DNA of 64,000 nucleotides from Planctomycetota bacterium (GTDB taxonomy: Bacteria; Planctomycetota; UBA1135; UBA2386): assembly GCA_965223545.1 (NCBI GenBank), contig OZ245006.1:6688001-6752000 (forward strand), read 5' to 3'. The notes under the pieces were generated by a model, which was not told the DNA's origin, ran no database searches, and was given only the letters and a program-made list of their open reading frames with translations. Of the stretch, positions 11,679 to 20,950 are shown piece after piece (the first letter of the stretch is position 1; every line of letters begins with the position of its first letter). A program made the position numbers and the translations under genes.

Positions 11679-12938
11679 TCACTCGCGCGTCGCGGGCTCC
11701 GGCAGGCGCAACCGGAGGCGCGCGATGCGCCGGTCGTCGGCCTCCAACACCTCGAACTCGATGCCGTCGAGGTTGGTGGTCTCGCCGTTCTTGGGAATGC
11801 GGCCCAGGCGGGTGAAGAGATAGCCGGCGGCGGTGTCGTAGTCCTCGTTCTCGGGCAGCGCGCAGCCGAGCGCCTTGTTGATCTCGTCGATGCGCGCGCG
11901 GCCCGCCACCTCGACCACGCGGTCGTCATCGGTGGTGACGATCGCGTCCTCCTCGTCCGCTTCGAACTCGTCGGTGATGTCGCCGACGATCTCCTCGAGG
12001 ATGTCCTCGATCGAGATCAAGCCGGCGGTTCCGCCGTACTCGTCGAGCACCACCGCCAGCTGCACCTTGCCGGTCTTGAACTCGCGCAGCAGGGTGTTGA
12101 CGCCCATGGTCTCGGGCACGAACAGCGGCTGCCGCATCACTTGGCGCACGGCGACTTCCTTGCTGCTGCCGTTGCTCAGCCGCGCCAGGGCATCCTTGGC
12201 GTAGAACACGCCGATGACGTGGTCGACCTTGCCCTCGTACACGGGGTAGCGCGAGTGTCCCTTCTCGATCGCCTGCTGCACGGCGTCGGTCAACGGCAGG
12301 TCGGCCTCGAACGCGACGACGTCGGTGCGGGGCGTCATCACCTCGGAGACCCGCAGGTCCTTGAGCTCGACGATGTTCTCGATCCAGTTGCGCTCTTCTT
12401 CCTCGAGCTGGCTCTCCTGTGCCGAGTCGGTGACCGCCGCCATGATCTCGTCGGCGATGTCCTCCGGCCGGCGCGGCGCGTCCTCGTGGATGCGCGCCGC
12501 GCGCATCAGGCCGCGGGTGATGACCGACAGCAGCACCAGCGGATAGTGCAGCAGCACGCGCACGATGCGCAGCGCCGGCAAGAACGTCAGCACGATGCGC
12601 TCGGGGCGGTGCGGTGCGACGCCGCTGGGCAGGGCGGCGCACAACAGGCCGACGATCAGCACCGCGAGCACCGCCAGCGGCCAGCCGCCCGCCGCCGCCC
12701 ACTGCCAGAACAGCGGGGCACCGACGGCGATGCCGAACACCAGGGCGAGCCAGCCGAGCACCTCGTAGGTGCGCTCGTGCTCGGCGAGGTCCTTGTTGGT
12801 CGGCGAGTCGGCGCCGCGGATGCGGGCGATCTTGGTCGGCGAGTAGACCAGGATCGCGGCGCCGATCATCGCCCCGAGAATGGCGACGAAGAGGCCGGCG
12901 ATGGCGGCGAGCGCCGCGACGAGAGTGGCGGGCTCCAC
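11679..12938 (-). CDS. Hemolysin/CNNM-CorC family CBS-domain membrane protein
   Basis: N-terminal TMs, VMTPRTDV, HSRYPVY, VLDEYGGTAGLISIEDILEEIVGDI, CorC/HlyC C-terminus. Confidence 0.92.
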   Translation of the reverse strand: MEPATLVAALAAIAGLFVAILGAMIGAAILVYSPTKIARIRGADSPTNKDLAEHERTYEVLGWLALVFGIAVGAPLFWQWAAAGGWPLAVLAVLIVGLLCAALPSGVAPHRPERIVLTFLPALRIVRVLLHYPLVLLSVITRGLMRAARIHEDAPRRPEDIADEIMAAVTDSAQESQLEEEERNWIENIVELKDLRVSEVMTPRTDVVAFEADLPLTDAVQQAIEKGHSRYPVYEGKVDHVIGVFYAKDALARLSNGSSKEVAVRQVMRQPLFVPETMGVNTLLREFKTGKVQLAVVLDEYGGTAGLISIEDILEEIVGDITDEFEADEEDAIVTTDDDRVVEVAGRARIDEINKALGCALPENEDYDTAAGYLFTRLGRIPKNGETTNLDGIEFEVLEADDRRIARLRLRLPEPATRE

Positions 12939-12941
12939 GCG

Positions 12942-13100
12942 CTATGACCTCGTGCCGATCGGTCGGGTGGTGCGGCGTGTCTGGCCGGTGCTTCCGCCGG
13001 GCTTGCTTTCGCCGGGCTTGCTTCCTCCGGGCTCCGGGTCTTCACCCGGATCGGAGCACGCGCTTTGGGTATCGGGATCGGCCGAGTGGGGTTCGTCCAT
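12942..13100 (-). CDS. Possible 52-aa low-complexity small ORF
   Basis: MDEPHSADPDTQ...PGGSKPGESKPGGST...; stop 3 nt before the CBS gene start; contains a 15-bp tandem repeat. Confidence 0.3.
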   Translation of the reverse strand: MDEPHSADPDTQSACSDPGEDPEPGGSKPGESKPGGSTGQTRRTTRPIGTRS

Positions 13101-13328
13101 TTCAGGAAGCGCCCTCGCGGCCGGGACAACAATCGGAGTCCGACACGGTAGCTCGCAGCATAAGTCGAATCGGCGGTCGGCGGAAGATCCCGAAATCCAC
13201 CCGGCGGGACCGGATCTTCGGCCGCCGCACCGTCGGGTAGCCCGCCGGGCGCGGTCTCGCCACCGGCGGGCGTGGGGCGGGTTCGGGGCCCCGGGGGGCC
13301 CCCTCTGGGCGGCGCTGTAGGTGGGGCT

Positions 13329-15218
13329 TCACTCTTCGTCGATGGAGAAGCGGTTGCGGCCGCGCGACTTACTGGCGTAGAGCGCGCGATCGGCGCGCGA
13401 CAGCGCCGACTCGACGTCGTCGCGGTCGCCGCGCACCCGCGCCAGCCCGATCGAGATCGTCAGTGGCAGGTTGTGCTGGCGGCCGGCCTCCTCGACCGCG
13501 ACGAAGATGCGCGTCGCGGTGATCGACGCCTCGTCGATCGAGGTGTCCGGCAGGACGACCAAGAATTCCTCACCGCCGTAGCGGCAGACGATGTCGGACT
13601 TGCGCACGGTCTTGCGCAGCACGTCGGCGGTGACCCGCAGCGCCTGATCACCGGCCAGGTGGCCGCGGCTGTCGTTGAGCTGCTTGAAGTCGTCGAGGTC
13701 GAGCATCAACACCGTCAAGCTGGAGCCGCTGCGGCTGGTGCGCGACAGCTCTTGCTCGAGGCTGGTGATGCCGACGCTGCGGTTGTAGAGCCGGGTCAGG
13801 GGATCGGTCAGCGAGAACTTGCGGGCGCGGCTGCGCTGCCGCTTGAGCAGCAAGTTCTCGGTGAGCATCGAGGCGATGCCGGCCAGCGCCTGGGCGCCGA
13901 CGCGGTCCTGCGTCAAGCGGATCGGCGCGCCGGACAGGGCGCGGTCCATGACCAGGAAGGTGCTGATCTCGAAGTCGCGGTTGATCGGCACCACCAGGAC
14001 CTCGTCGGTGCCGAGGTAGCGCAGCAGGCCCGGGTCGCTGTGCCCCTCGTTGAGCAGGTGCTGCGCGTTGCCGCTCGCCAGCGTCAGCGACAGCAGCTCG
14101 AACTCGCGGTTGGTCGGCGTGAACGAGGTCGGCGCCAGCGGCTGCGGCGACAGGTCGGCTTTGGCGCGCACGTAGCAGCGGTGTGCGTTCTTGGAGAACT
14201 GCACGCTGTAGGCGCGTTCGAAGCCCAGGTGGCGCAGGCAGGACGCCGTCGTGATGGTGAGGATGCCGCGGTAGTCGGGCGAGTCGTTGCAGCCGAGCAG
14301 GCGCAGCACGAGATCGTTGACGTTGCTCTGCGCGCGCAGCGGAAACAGCTGCAGGTCGTCGGCCGGATGCGCGTCGAGGCGGGTGGGTTCGTCGGCGGAG
14401 CAGCCGAGGCCGAACGCGGCCAGCGCCACGCCCACTTCGTGCCGCAGCTGCTCGGCCGCGCGCAAGTCCTCGACGGCGACGACGGACTGCAGCATGTGGC
14501 GCGCGATCGGATCACCGTCGTCGGGGTGCCAGAAGCCGGCGAGCTCGGCGAGCAGCTCCGCGCCGGCCACCACCGACGCGGCGCCGGACTCGTCGAGGGC
14601 GTCGCGGCCGCCGCCCAGCATGGTGCGCTCGACCACGCGGCGCACCGCGGCCGGCAAGTGCCAATGCTCGATCCATGCGTCGACGCCGAGTGCCGGCGCC
14701 GAGCCGTCGCGACGCAGGCTCAAGTAGTGCAGCCACAGCGGCAAGTCGTGCAGCAGGCCCAGGACGTAGGCCTCCTCGGGATCGCACTCACCGCTGGCCA
14801 GCGCCAGGGTGCGGCTGGCGTGGGCCGTTGCCACGGCGTGCAGCCAGAGCTGGCGCAGCGGCGTGGTGCCGGCGACGTCGGCCGGCTTGGTGTTGAGCGC
14901 CCGCCGGACGATGGTCGAGCCGAGCGCTTGGCACAGGCCGCGGATCGTCAACAGCTCGCGTGGCAGCCCGTACACCGGCGCGTGCGCGACGCGCATGCAC
15001 CGCAGCAGCGTCAGCGGGTCGAGCGCCAGGAGCTGCTCCTCCCAGGACGAGTCGGCCGGCACCGACTGCAGCGAGCGCTGGACCTCGCCGCGCAGATCGC
15101 GCAGGGCGAGCGCGGACGGCAAGCCGTCGAGCGGGTTGCGGATGGTCTCGGTGCGGGTGCTCAAGGGCGTCCAGCGGGATGCGACCCCGGGGCGCGGATG
15201 CGGCCGGGGCGTATCCAT
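13329..15218 (-). CDS. HDOD-domain diguanylate cyclase
   Basis: HDOD (LWLHAVATA, AYVLGLLHDL), central GAF-like region, TDPLTRLYNR, RKSD I-site, GGEEF. Start uncertain. Confidence 0.9.
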   Translation of the reverse strand: MDTPRPHPRPGVASRWTPLSTRTETIRNPLDGLPSALALRDLRGEVQRSLQSVPADSSWEEQLLALDPLTLLRCMRVAHAPVYGLPRELLTIRGLCQALGSTIVRRALNTKPADVAGTTPLRQLWLHAVATAHASRTLALASGECDPEEAYVLGLLHDLPLWLHYLSLRRDGSAPALGVDAWIEHWHLPAAVRRVVERTMLGGGRDALDESGAASVVAGAELLAELAGFWHPDDGDPIARHMLQSVVAVEDLRAAEQLRHEVGVALAAFGLGCSADEPTRLDAHPADDLQLFPLRAQSNVNDLVLRLLGCNDSPDYRGILTITTASCLRHLGFERAYSVQFSKNAHRCYVRAKADLSPQPLAPTSFTPTNREFELLSLTLASGNAQHLLNEGHSDPGLLRYLGTDEVLVVPINRDFEISTFLVMDRALSGAPIRLTQDRVGAQALAGIASMLTENLLLKRQRSRARKFSLTDPLTRLYNRSVGITSLEQELSRTSRSGSSLTVLMLDLDDFKQLNDSRGHLAGDQALRVTADVLRKTVRKSDIVCRYGGEEFLVVLPDTSIDEASITATRIFVAVEEAGRQHNLPLTISIGLARVRGDRDDVESALSRADRALYASKSRGRNRFSIDEE

Positions 15219-15433
15219 GGGATCGGGTGTTGGGGGCAAATCGCTCAAACCCTGTTCGCTTTCCCACAGAGCGGACCCTGTGGGTGTCACTGCCCGGTTC
15301 TTGAACAGTTTTGGCAGGAATGCCGTAAGTGGCCACGAGAAGGTCGTTTAGATCTTGTTGGTCGATGTCGGGCGGCGCCCGCGCGGCGCCCTTCTTCCGG
15401 CGTTTGGCCCGGGTTTCGCAGTTCGCTGCACCC

Positions 15434-16189
15434 ATGAGCAGCCTGCCAACCGACGGCGTCGCGGTGCCGACCGCAGTGGCGCGGAGAGCCGAGGAACTCC
15501 TTCGCAGCCGAGGCGTCGTCTGGGCGCAGACATCCCGCTGTGCGCGGGAAGACGCGATGGCCACTGCACTGATGGACTGCTACCGCCGCACGGGCTGCCA
15601 GGAGGTGTTCGACGTGCTGGTGGCCCTGTCGCAGGGCAGGCTGCGTCGCCGTGTAGAGGCGCGCACGCGCTACCTCGGCGGCCGCGCCGACGTCGACGAG
15701 CTGCTGCAAGACACCTTCGTCAACATCTATCGCTACCCGGACAAGTTCGACGGCAGCCGGCCGGGGGCGTTCAGGGCGTGGTCGGCGACCATCGTCGACA
15801 ACGCGATCCGGCGCCACCTGCGGCGCCGGCAGGCCGGCCCGCAGATCAGTCTGCGACCGATCGAGCTGCTCGAGCAGGAAGCGGATGGCCGCCAGCGCGA
15901 ACCCTACGAGCGGGTCGGCGACGCCGAGGTCTGCCGGCGCACGGCGCGCGCCTACACGCTGCTGCTGGCGGCGTACTTGCGCGCATTCGAGGAGCTCAGC
16001 GAACGCGAGCGCTTCGTGCTACAGATGGTCGAGGTGCGCGGCCTGCGCTACGCGCAGGTCGCCAACCTCCTGGGGGCCCGCGCCGAGGCGCTCAAGATGG
16101 TGGTCTTTCGCGCCCGGCGCCGGGTCCTGGCCCGCGTCGCCGCGATGCTCCCCCCCGTCGAAAACACCGTAGCCCGCCTCGCCGGCTGA
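15434..16189 (+). CDS. ECF sigma-70 factor
   Basis: DELLQDTF...FRAW (region 2); LSERERFVLQM...GLRYAQVA...VFRARR (region 4). Confidence 0.88.
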   Translation: MSSLPTDGVAVPTAVARRAEELLRSRGVVWAQTSRCAREDAMATALMDCYRRTGCQEVFDVLVALSQGRLRRRVEARTRYLGGRADVDELLQDTFVNIYRYPDKFDGSRPGAFRAWSATIVDNAIRRHLRRRQAGPQISLRPIELLEQEADGRQREPYERVGDAEVCRRTARAYTLLLAAYLRAFEELSERERFVLQMVEVRGLRYAQVANLLGARAEALKMVVFRARRRVLARVAAMLPPVENTVARLAG

Positions 16190-16217
16190 ACGTACGGAGC
16201 CAGGCTCCGATTCATCA

Positions 16218-16670
16218 CTACGCCTGCTGGCCGATCCGGATCTTCACCGGCTTGTGCTGCGGTGCTTTGGGCAGCGTCAGGTGCAGCACGCCGTCCGACA
16301 GATCGGCGGTCAGCTTGCCGGTGTCGACGTCGGTCGGCAGCTCGAACGTGCGCTCGAACTGCATCGGCGTGGTCTCGTCGCGGTGCACCGTCACCTTGTC
16401 GCGCTTCGTCGCGGGGCGCGCGCCCTTCAGCGAGACGCGGTTGCCGGTCACGGCGATGTCGAGATCGTCACTGCGGATGCCGGGCACGTGGGCCTCGAGG
16501 TGGAACGAGTCCTCGTCCTCCCAGATGACCACGGGGGGCACGGCAGTGCTGTAACGGGAGCCGTCGGTGACGCCCTCGAACATCCGGTCGAGCTCGCGGC
16601 TGAGGGACTGGAACGGCGACAAGACGGTGCCGTTGATGCGGTTTGCCAACATGGTGTGCCTCTCTTGCAT
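16218..16670 (-). CDS. Hsp20/alpha-crystallin small heat shock protein
   Basis: PG...DLDI, FERTFELP, DGVLHLTLPK, C-terminal IRI motif. Confidence 0.93.
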   Translation of the reverse strand: MQERHTMLANRINGTVLSPFQSLSRELDRMFEGVTDGSRYSTAVPPVVIWEDEDSFHLEAHVPGIRSDDLDIAVTGNRVSLKGARPATKRDKVTVHRDETTPMQFERTFELPTDVDTGKLTADLSDGVLHLTLPKAPQHKPVKIRIGQQA

Positions 16671-16722
16671 TGAAAACTGGTTCTATGGGCGCCCGGTATC
16701 GCTGGGCGCTGGGTTTTCGGTA

Positions 16723-16739
16723 AGCAGAAGGTGTGCCAA
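16723..16739 (-). promoter_or_regulatory. Sigma54 (-24/-12) promoter of hsp20
   Basis: Minus strand TTGGCACACCTTCTGCT has GG-N10-GC spacing, about 50 nt upstream of the ATG. Confidence 0.75.
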
Positions 16740-16826
16740 ACCGGCGGTTTGCGCCTCAGTTTTATCTAAACTGCTAGCATCGCTTGGTTTGCGGAGATTC
16801 GAAGGACGGGTCTCGGCACTGGGCAA

Positions 16827-16871
16827 ATGCCGAAACGGCAGTGTCTGGCACCGCGATGCCAACTTGGCAGT
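16827..16871. promoter_or_regulatory. Two palindromic candidate enhancer sites TGCC-N5-GGCA
   Basis: aTGCCgaaacGGCAgt (core 16828-16840) and aTGCCaacttGGCAgt (core 16857-16869), upstream of the sigma54 promoter. Confidence 0.55.
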
Positions 16872-17999
16872 CTAGCGCCGCGCCTGCAGCATGACGGTCG
16901 CCGCCAAGCGCTGTTCGGCGTACGGCAGGCCGCGGGCGATCTCGACTTCCACCGTGTCGCCGGGCCGCTTCTCGCGCAGGTGATCCCACAGATCCTCGAT
17001 GGTGCTGATCGGCTGCGCATCGATCGACACCAGCAAATCGCCGGCGAGCCACCGCCCGGAGCCGTCGGTGCGCTCCCCGAGCAGCCCGGCCCGGTGTGCT
17101 CCGAGGCCGGGCGTCACGGTCTCCACCATCACTCGATTGCGGAAGTAGCCGACCTCGAACCCGAGCACCACCCGGGGCAGCACCAAGCCTTGGCCCTCGA
17201 TCAGCTGCGGCACGACCCGGTTGATGGTGTCGACCGGAATGGCGAAGCCAATGCCAGCGCTGCCGCCGCTCGTGCTCTTGATCGCCGTGTTCATGCCGAT
17301 CAGGTGGCCGGCGGAGTCCAGCAAGGGCCCGCCCGAGTTGCCGGGGTTGATCGAAGCGTCGGTCTGGATCACGCCGGGGATCTTGGTCTCGACCACCGAT
17401 TCGATGGTGCGGTCGAGGGCGCTGATGATGCCCGAGGTCATCGTCGCCGACAGGCCGTAGGGGCTGCCGATCGCCAGCACCGACTGGCCGACCTGCAGCT
17501 CCGCCGAGCTGCCCACGGTGATCGGCTGAAGGTCTCGCGGTGGGTCGACGAGGAGCACGACCGCGATGTCGAGATCGCTGCGCGCGCCGACCACGCGGGC
17601 CGCGTACTCGAAGTGATTGTCGAGCCGGACGGCGACGTGCTGCCGTTCGGCGACGACGTGGTAGTTGGTCACCACGTAGCCGCGGGCATCCCAGACGAAG
17701 CCGGAGCCGGTGCCCGGCGGCGCCACCTGCTGCAAACCGCGCCAGCTCTGCTGCACGATGCCCGGCGTCGTGATGTGCACGACCGCGCTGCGGGTCGCCT
17801 CGTAGACCGCGATCGTGCTCTGCTCGAGCTCGGTGAGCGAGCCGCGCGGCGTGACCGTGCGCGGCGCCGCGCCGCGGTGCAGCGGCGCCGGCGCGCAGCG
17901 ATCCCAGGTCGCGTACAGAGTCAGCACGAACGCCGCACCGGCGACGACCAGCGGCAGGCCGGCTCCGGCCCTGGGTGGCGCGGGTGCCTCGGTCCTCAT
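16872..17999 (-). CDS. HtrA/DegQ-like trypsin serine protease with PDZ domain
   Basis: GSGFV, TNYHV, DIAV, IQTDASINPGNSGGPL; one PDZ domain; N-terminal TM. Confidence 0.93.
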   Translation of the reverse strand: MRTEAPAPPRAGAGLPLVVAGAAFVLTLYATWDRCAPAPLHRGAAPRTVTPRGSLTELEQSTIAVYEATRSAVVHITTPGIVQQSWRGLQQVAPPGTGSGFVWDARGYVVTNYHVVAERQHVAVRLDNHFEYAARVVGARSDLDIAVVLLVDPPRDLQPITVGSSAELQVGQSVLAIGSPYGLSATMTSGIISALDRTIESVVETKIPGVIQTDASINPGNSGGPLLDSAGHLIGMNTAIKSTSGGSAGIGFAIPVDTINRVVPQLIEGQGLVLPRVVLGFEVGYFRNRVMVETVTPGLGAHRAGLLGERTDGSGRWLAGDLLVSIDAQPISTIEDLWDHLREKRPGDTVEVEIARGLPYAEQRLAATVMLQARR

Positions 18000-18027
18000 C
18001 GACACCGCCTCATTCCGTGATCCTCCG

Positions 18028-20817
18028 CTACACCGGATCCGGCCACAGCTGCTTCCACGGCGGCGCCGGCGTCGCGGCCGACGCCTGCACCCGGGCCAGC
18101 GCGGCCGGGCCCAGCCGTACCCGCTCGAGCGCGGTCTCGGCCAATGCGCGCCCGCACGCTTGGCCGATGCTGTCCGCATCCAGGCCGTGATAGGCAAACA
18201 CGTCGGCCGGCGTCCCCGACTTGCTGAACTTGTGCACACCCAGCGTCACCTGCTGCGTGCCGGCGATCGAACCGATGTTGTCGAGCAGGCCGAGCTCGCC
18301 GTCGTGCACGCTGACCACCGGAATGCGGCGCCCGGCCAGGTCGATGGCATCGGCTTCCTCGACGCCGCGGTCGCCGACCGGCCGCAGGTGTAGGCTGCCA
18401 TCGACGCCGAGGCGCTGGCGCAAGGTGTGGTAATCGTCGCGCCGCGCCAGGATGCCGAGCAGCAGCTCGGGCGAGGTGACCGCGATGACGTTGGCGTAGA
18501 TGCCGCGCTCCAACAGCTGCTCGCTGGCCGCCGCGGCTTCGCGCACCAAGGCCCCCATGGCGAACACGTGTACGACGTTCTCGCCCGGCTCGTAGCCGCG
18601 ATAGCCGCGATAGTCGATCAGATAGTAGGCCCCGGCGAGCACGTCCTCCCGCAGCGCGTCCAGGATCTCGGCGTCGGGCAGCGCGGGCACCTCGGTCTCC
18701 GGCAGGCCGCCGTCGGCCGTGCTGGCGCCCAGCACGGCGCCGTCGGGCAGATCATTCTTGAACCGCACTTGCCGGCGCAGATTGTCGAGCAGGAGCCGCT
18801 GCTGCAGGCCGAGCGTGACGGCGCGGATGAGCACGCCGGTGCGGCCCGCGTTGTCGTCGGCGAAGTGCCGGCGGATCGCGTCGCACAAGATCCAGTCGAG
18901 CTCGATCGCGAACGCCGGCTCCCAAGTGATCAGGTTGGGGATCTGGATGTCGGACTTCCACGAGTGCTGGGCGCCCTCGGGCGCCAGGGTGACGCCCGAC
19001 GGCGTGCCCACCAGGACGAAGCTCGAGCCCCAGTACAGGTCGTAGTACAGCTGGTCGAGCGCGCGTTTGATGAAGAAGTCGTAGACCGTCATCATCGGCA
19101 GGAACGGGATGCCGATCAGATCGCGCATCGCGCCGAACGAGCCGGCCGCCGACATGCAGTTGGCCTCGGCGATCTCGAACCGGATGTGCCGGGTCCAGGC
19201 CTCGTCGGTCGGCGCCAGCTCCGGCCGCAGGCGCTCGTGCAGCTCGAGCTCCTTCTCCCAGTTCTGCTCGTGCTCCGGCCCGAAGATCTTCTCGTCCATG
19301 GCCGGGTTGATGTTGGTGCTGGTGCCGACGTCGGGCGCCATGGTCAGCAGCAGGTCGGCGACCGCGTTCCAGCGGCCCTCCTCGTCGGTCAGCGCGCGGC
19401 CGGGCTCGCGCCCCGCGCTGCGCAGCTCGTCGTGCACGCCGATGCGCACCAGCTTGGCCGCGAGCTGACCCCACATCCACTGGGTGTGCGCCATCGGCGC
19501 GAGCTTGAGGTTGATCTGCAGACTGTCGGGCAGGCCGCCGGCTTGCTGCAGAGCGTCGGCGACGCGCGCGCGGTTGGCCTCGGCCTGCGCCTCGAGCGCT
19601 TCGATGCCCTCGCGCAGCGCCGCGCTGCGCTGCGCGAGCCAGCGGCCTTCGTCGCTGTCGCCCGCGAACCGCGCGAACCGCCGCTCGTCGGTCAACCCTT
19701 CGCCGGCCAGCAGCTGCTCGACCTCGGCCTCGCGCGGCAGCGCCGAGTGATTGCCCGGCGCGGCGAAGCACTCGAGCCCGCGACCCTTGATGGTGTGCAC
19801 CACCAGCATGCACGGCTGCTGGGGATCGCGCTTGCTGTCCTCGAGCGCGGCGATCAAGACGTCGAGGTCGTGTCCGCCGAGGTCGCTGAACAGGCGCAGC
19901 ACGGCGTCGTCGTCGAGCTTGTCGAGGGCCTTGGCGCAGGCGCTGTCGGCCTCGAGCAGCGCGGTGCGCATCAGCGCGGCGTCGCGCTTCCACAACAGCA
20001 TCTGGAAGTGGTAGTCCGAGAAGTGCTGCTCGAAGACGCCGCGCAGCGCCTTGCCACCGGGGCCCTTGAACACCTTCTCGCGGAACGAGCCGTGCTGCAC
20101 CTGCACCACGCGCCAGCCGTTCGCCTCGCAGGTGCGCTGGATGCGGTGCGCGTCGGTGCCCTGCAGGCCGCGCTTGTTGGGGATCCGCGTGCCGTCGAGG
20201 TTCTGCCGGTTGTAGTCGACGATCCAGGTGACGTTGCCGAGCTCGCGTTCGGCGACCTCCGGCAGCACCTCGAGCAGCGACCCCTCGCGAAACTCGGAGT
20301 CGCCCATCATCGACCAGAAGTGCGGCTGCGGTGCGTCGGGCCAACCGTGCGCGCGGGCGTAGCGGTGAGCCAGGGCGAGGTAGACCGAGGCCACCGGCGG
20401 AATGCCCACCGATCCGGACGGCAGGAAGTGGAAGGAATCGGGGTCGGTCAGCGCGTGGTACGACTGGAACACCGGCTCGCCGTCTTTGGCGAACGCGCGC
20501 AGGCGGTGCATCGCCGCCTCGCTCTCCTCGTCGTCGAGCCAGCGTCCCGCCTGCCGCTGCAGGCCGAGCAGGTGCTGCAAGGCGTGGTCGGTGGGCGAGG
20601 CGTGTGGCTTGCAGCAGACGTAGTCGCCGGCATCGCGCACCACCAGGTGCAGTGCTGCGAGGATCTCCAGGCACGACGCGCACGCCGCCGGATGTCCGCC
20701 GACCTTGGGATCGCCGGTGGCCGCATCACTGCGGTTGTTGGCAGTGTCGATCATCGCCACCATGTGGACGAACGCCCGGCGCGTGATGCGCTGCAGCAGT
20801 TGAGTGTCGTGGGCCAT
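18028..20817 (-). CDS. AceE-type (transketolase-like) 2-oxoacid/pyruvate dehydrogenase E1
   Basis: KVGGHPAA, KPHASP, TPP motif GDSE...YNRQNLD, IAEAN, GTPSGVTLAPEGAQH. Confidence 0.85.
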   Translation of the reverse strand: MAHDTQLLQRITRRAFVHMVAMIDTANNRSDAATGDPKVGGHPAACASCLEILAALHLVVRDAGDYVCCKPHASPTDHALQHLLGLQRQAGRWLDDEESEAAMHRLRAFAKDGEPVFQSYHALTDPDSFHFLPSGSVGIPPVASVYLALAHRYARAHGWPDAPQPHFWSMMGDSEFREGSLLEVLPEVAERELGNVTWIVDYNRQNLDGTRIPNKRGLQGTDAHRIQRTCEANGWRVVQVQHGSFREKVFKGPGGKALRGVFEQHFSDYHFQMLLWKRDAALMRTALLEADSACAKALDKLDDDAVLRLFSDLGGHDLDVLIAALEDSKRDPQQPCMLVVHTIKGRGLECFAAPGNHSALPREAEVEQLLAGEGLTDERRFARFAGDSDEGRWLAQRSAALREGIEALEAQAEANRARVADALQQAGGLPDSLQINLKLAPMAHTQWMWGQLAAKLVRIGVHDELRSAGREPGRALTDEEGRWNAVADLLLTMAPDVGTSTNINPAMDEKIFGPEHEQNWEKELELHERLRPELAPTDEAWTRHIRFEIAEANCMSAAGSFGAMRDLIGIPFLPMMTVYDFFIKRALDQLYYDLYWGSSFVLVGTPSGVTLAPEGAQHSWKSDIQIPNLITWEPAFAIELDWILCDAIRRHFADDNAGRTGVLIRAVTLGLQQRLLLDNLRRQVRFKNDLPDGAVLGASTADGGLPETEVPALPDAEILDALREDVLAGAYYLIDYRGYRGYEPGENVVHVFAMGALVREAAAASEQLLERGIYANVIAVTSPELLLGILARRDDYHTLRQRLGVDGSLHLRPVGDRGVEEADAIDLAGRRIPVVSVHDGELGLLDNIGSIAGTQQVTLGVHKFSKSGTPADVFAYHGLDADSIGQACGRALAETALERVRLGPAALARVQASAATPAPPWKQLWPDPV

Positions 20818-20950
20818 GCGTCTTGTGCACCGTGCGTTGGCGAACCCGTGCCGGTTGGCGATCGCGACCGGCGTCGTCGGCGCGGGGCTCGAGGGCCGCC
20901 AAGAGTAGCCGAGGCGAGCCGCTCTTCCACCCCGCGGGCGGGTGCCAACG

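Noticed and set aside
12988..13033. 15-bp tandem repeats here and at 24391-24432 as CRISPR arrays
   Set aside because: No spacers, about three copies, in-frame period and no cas genes.
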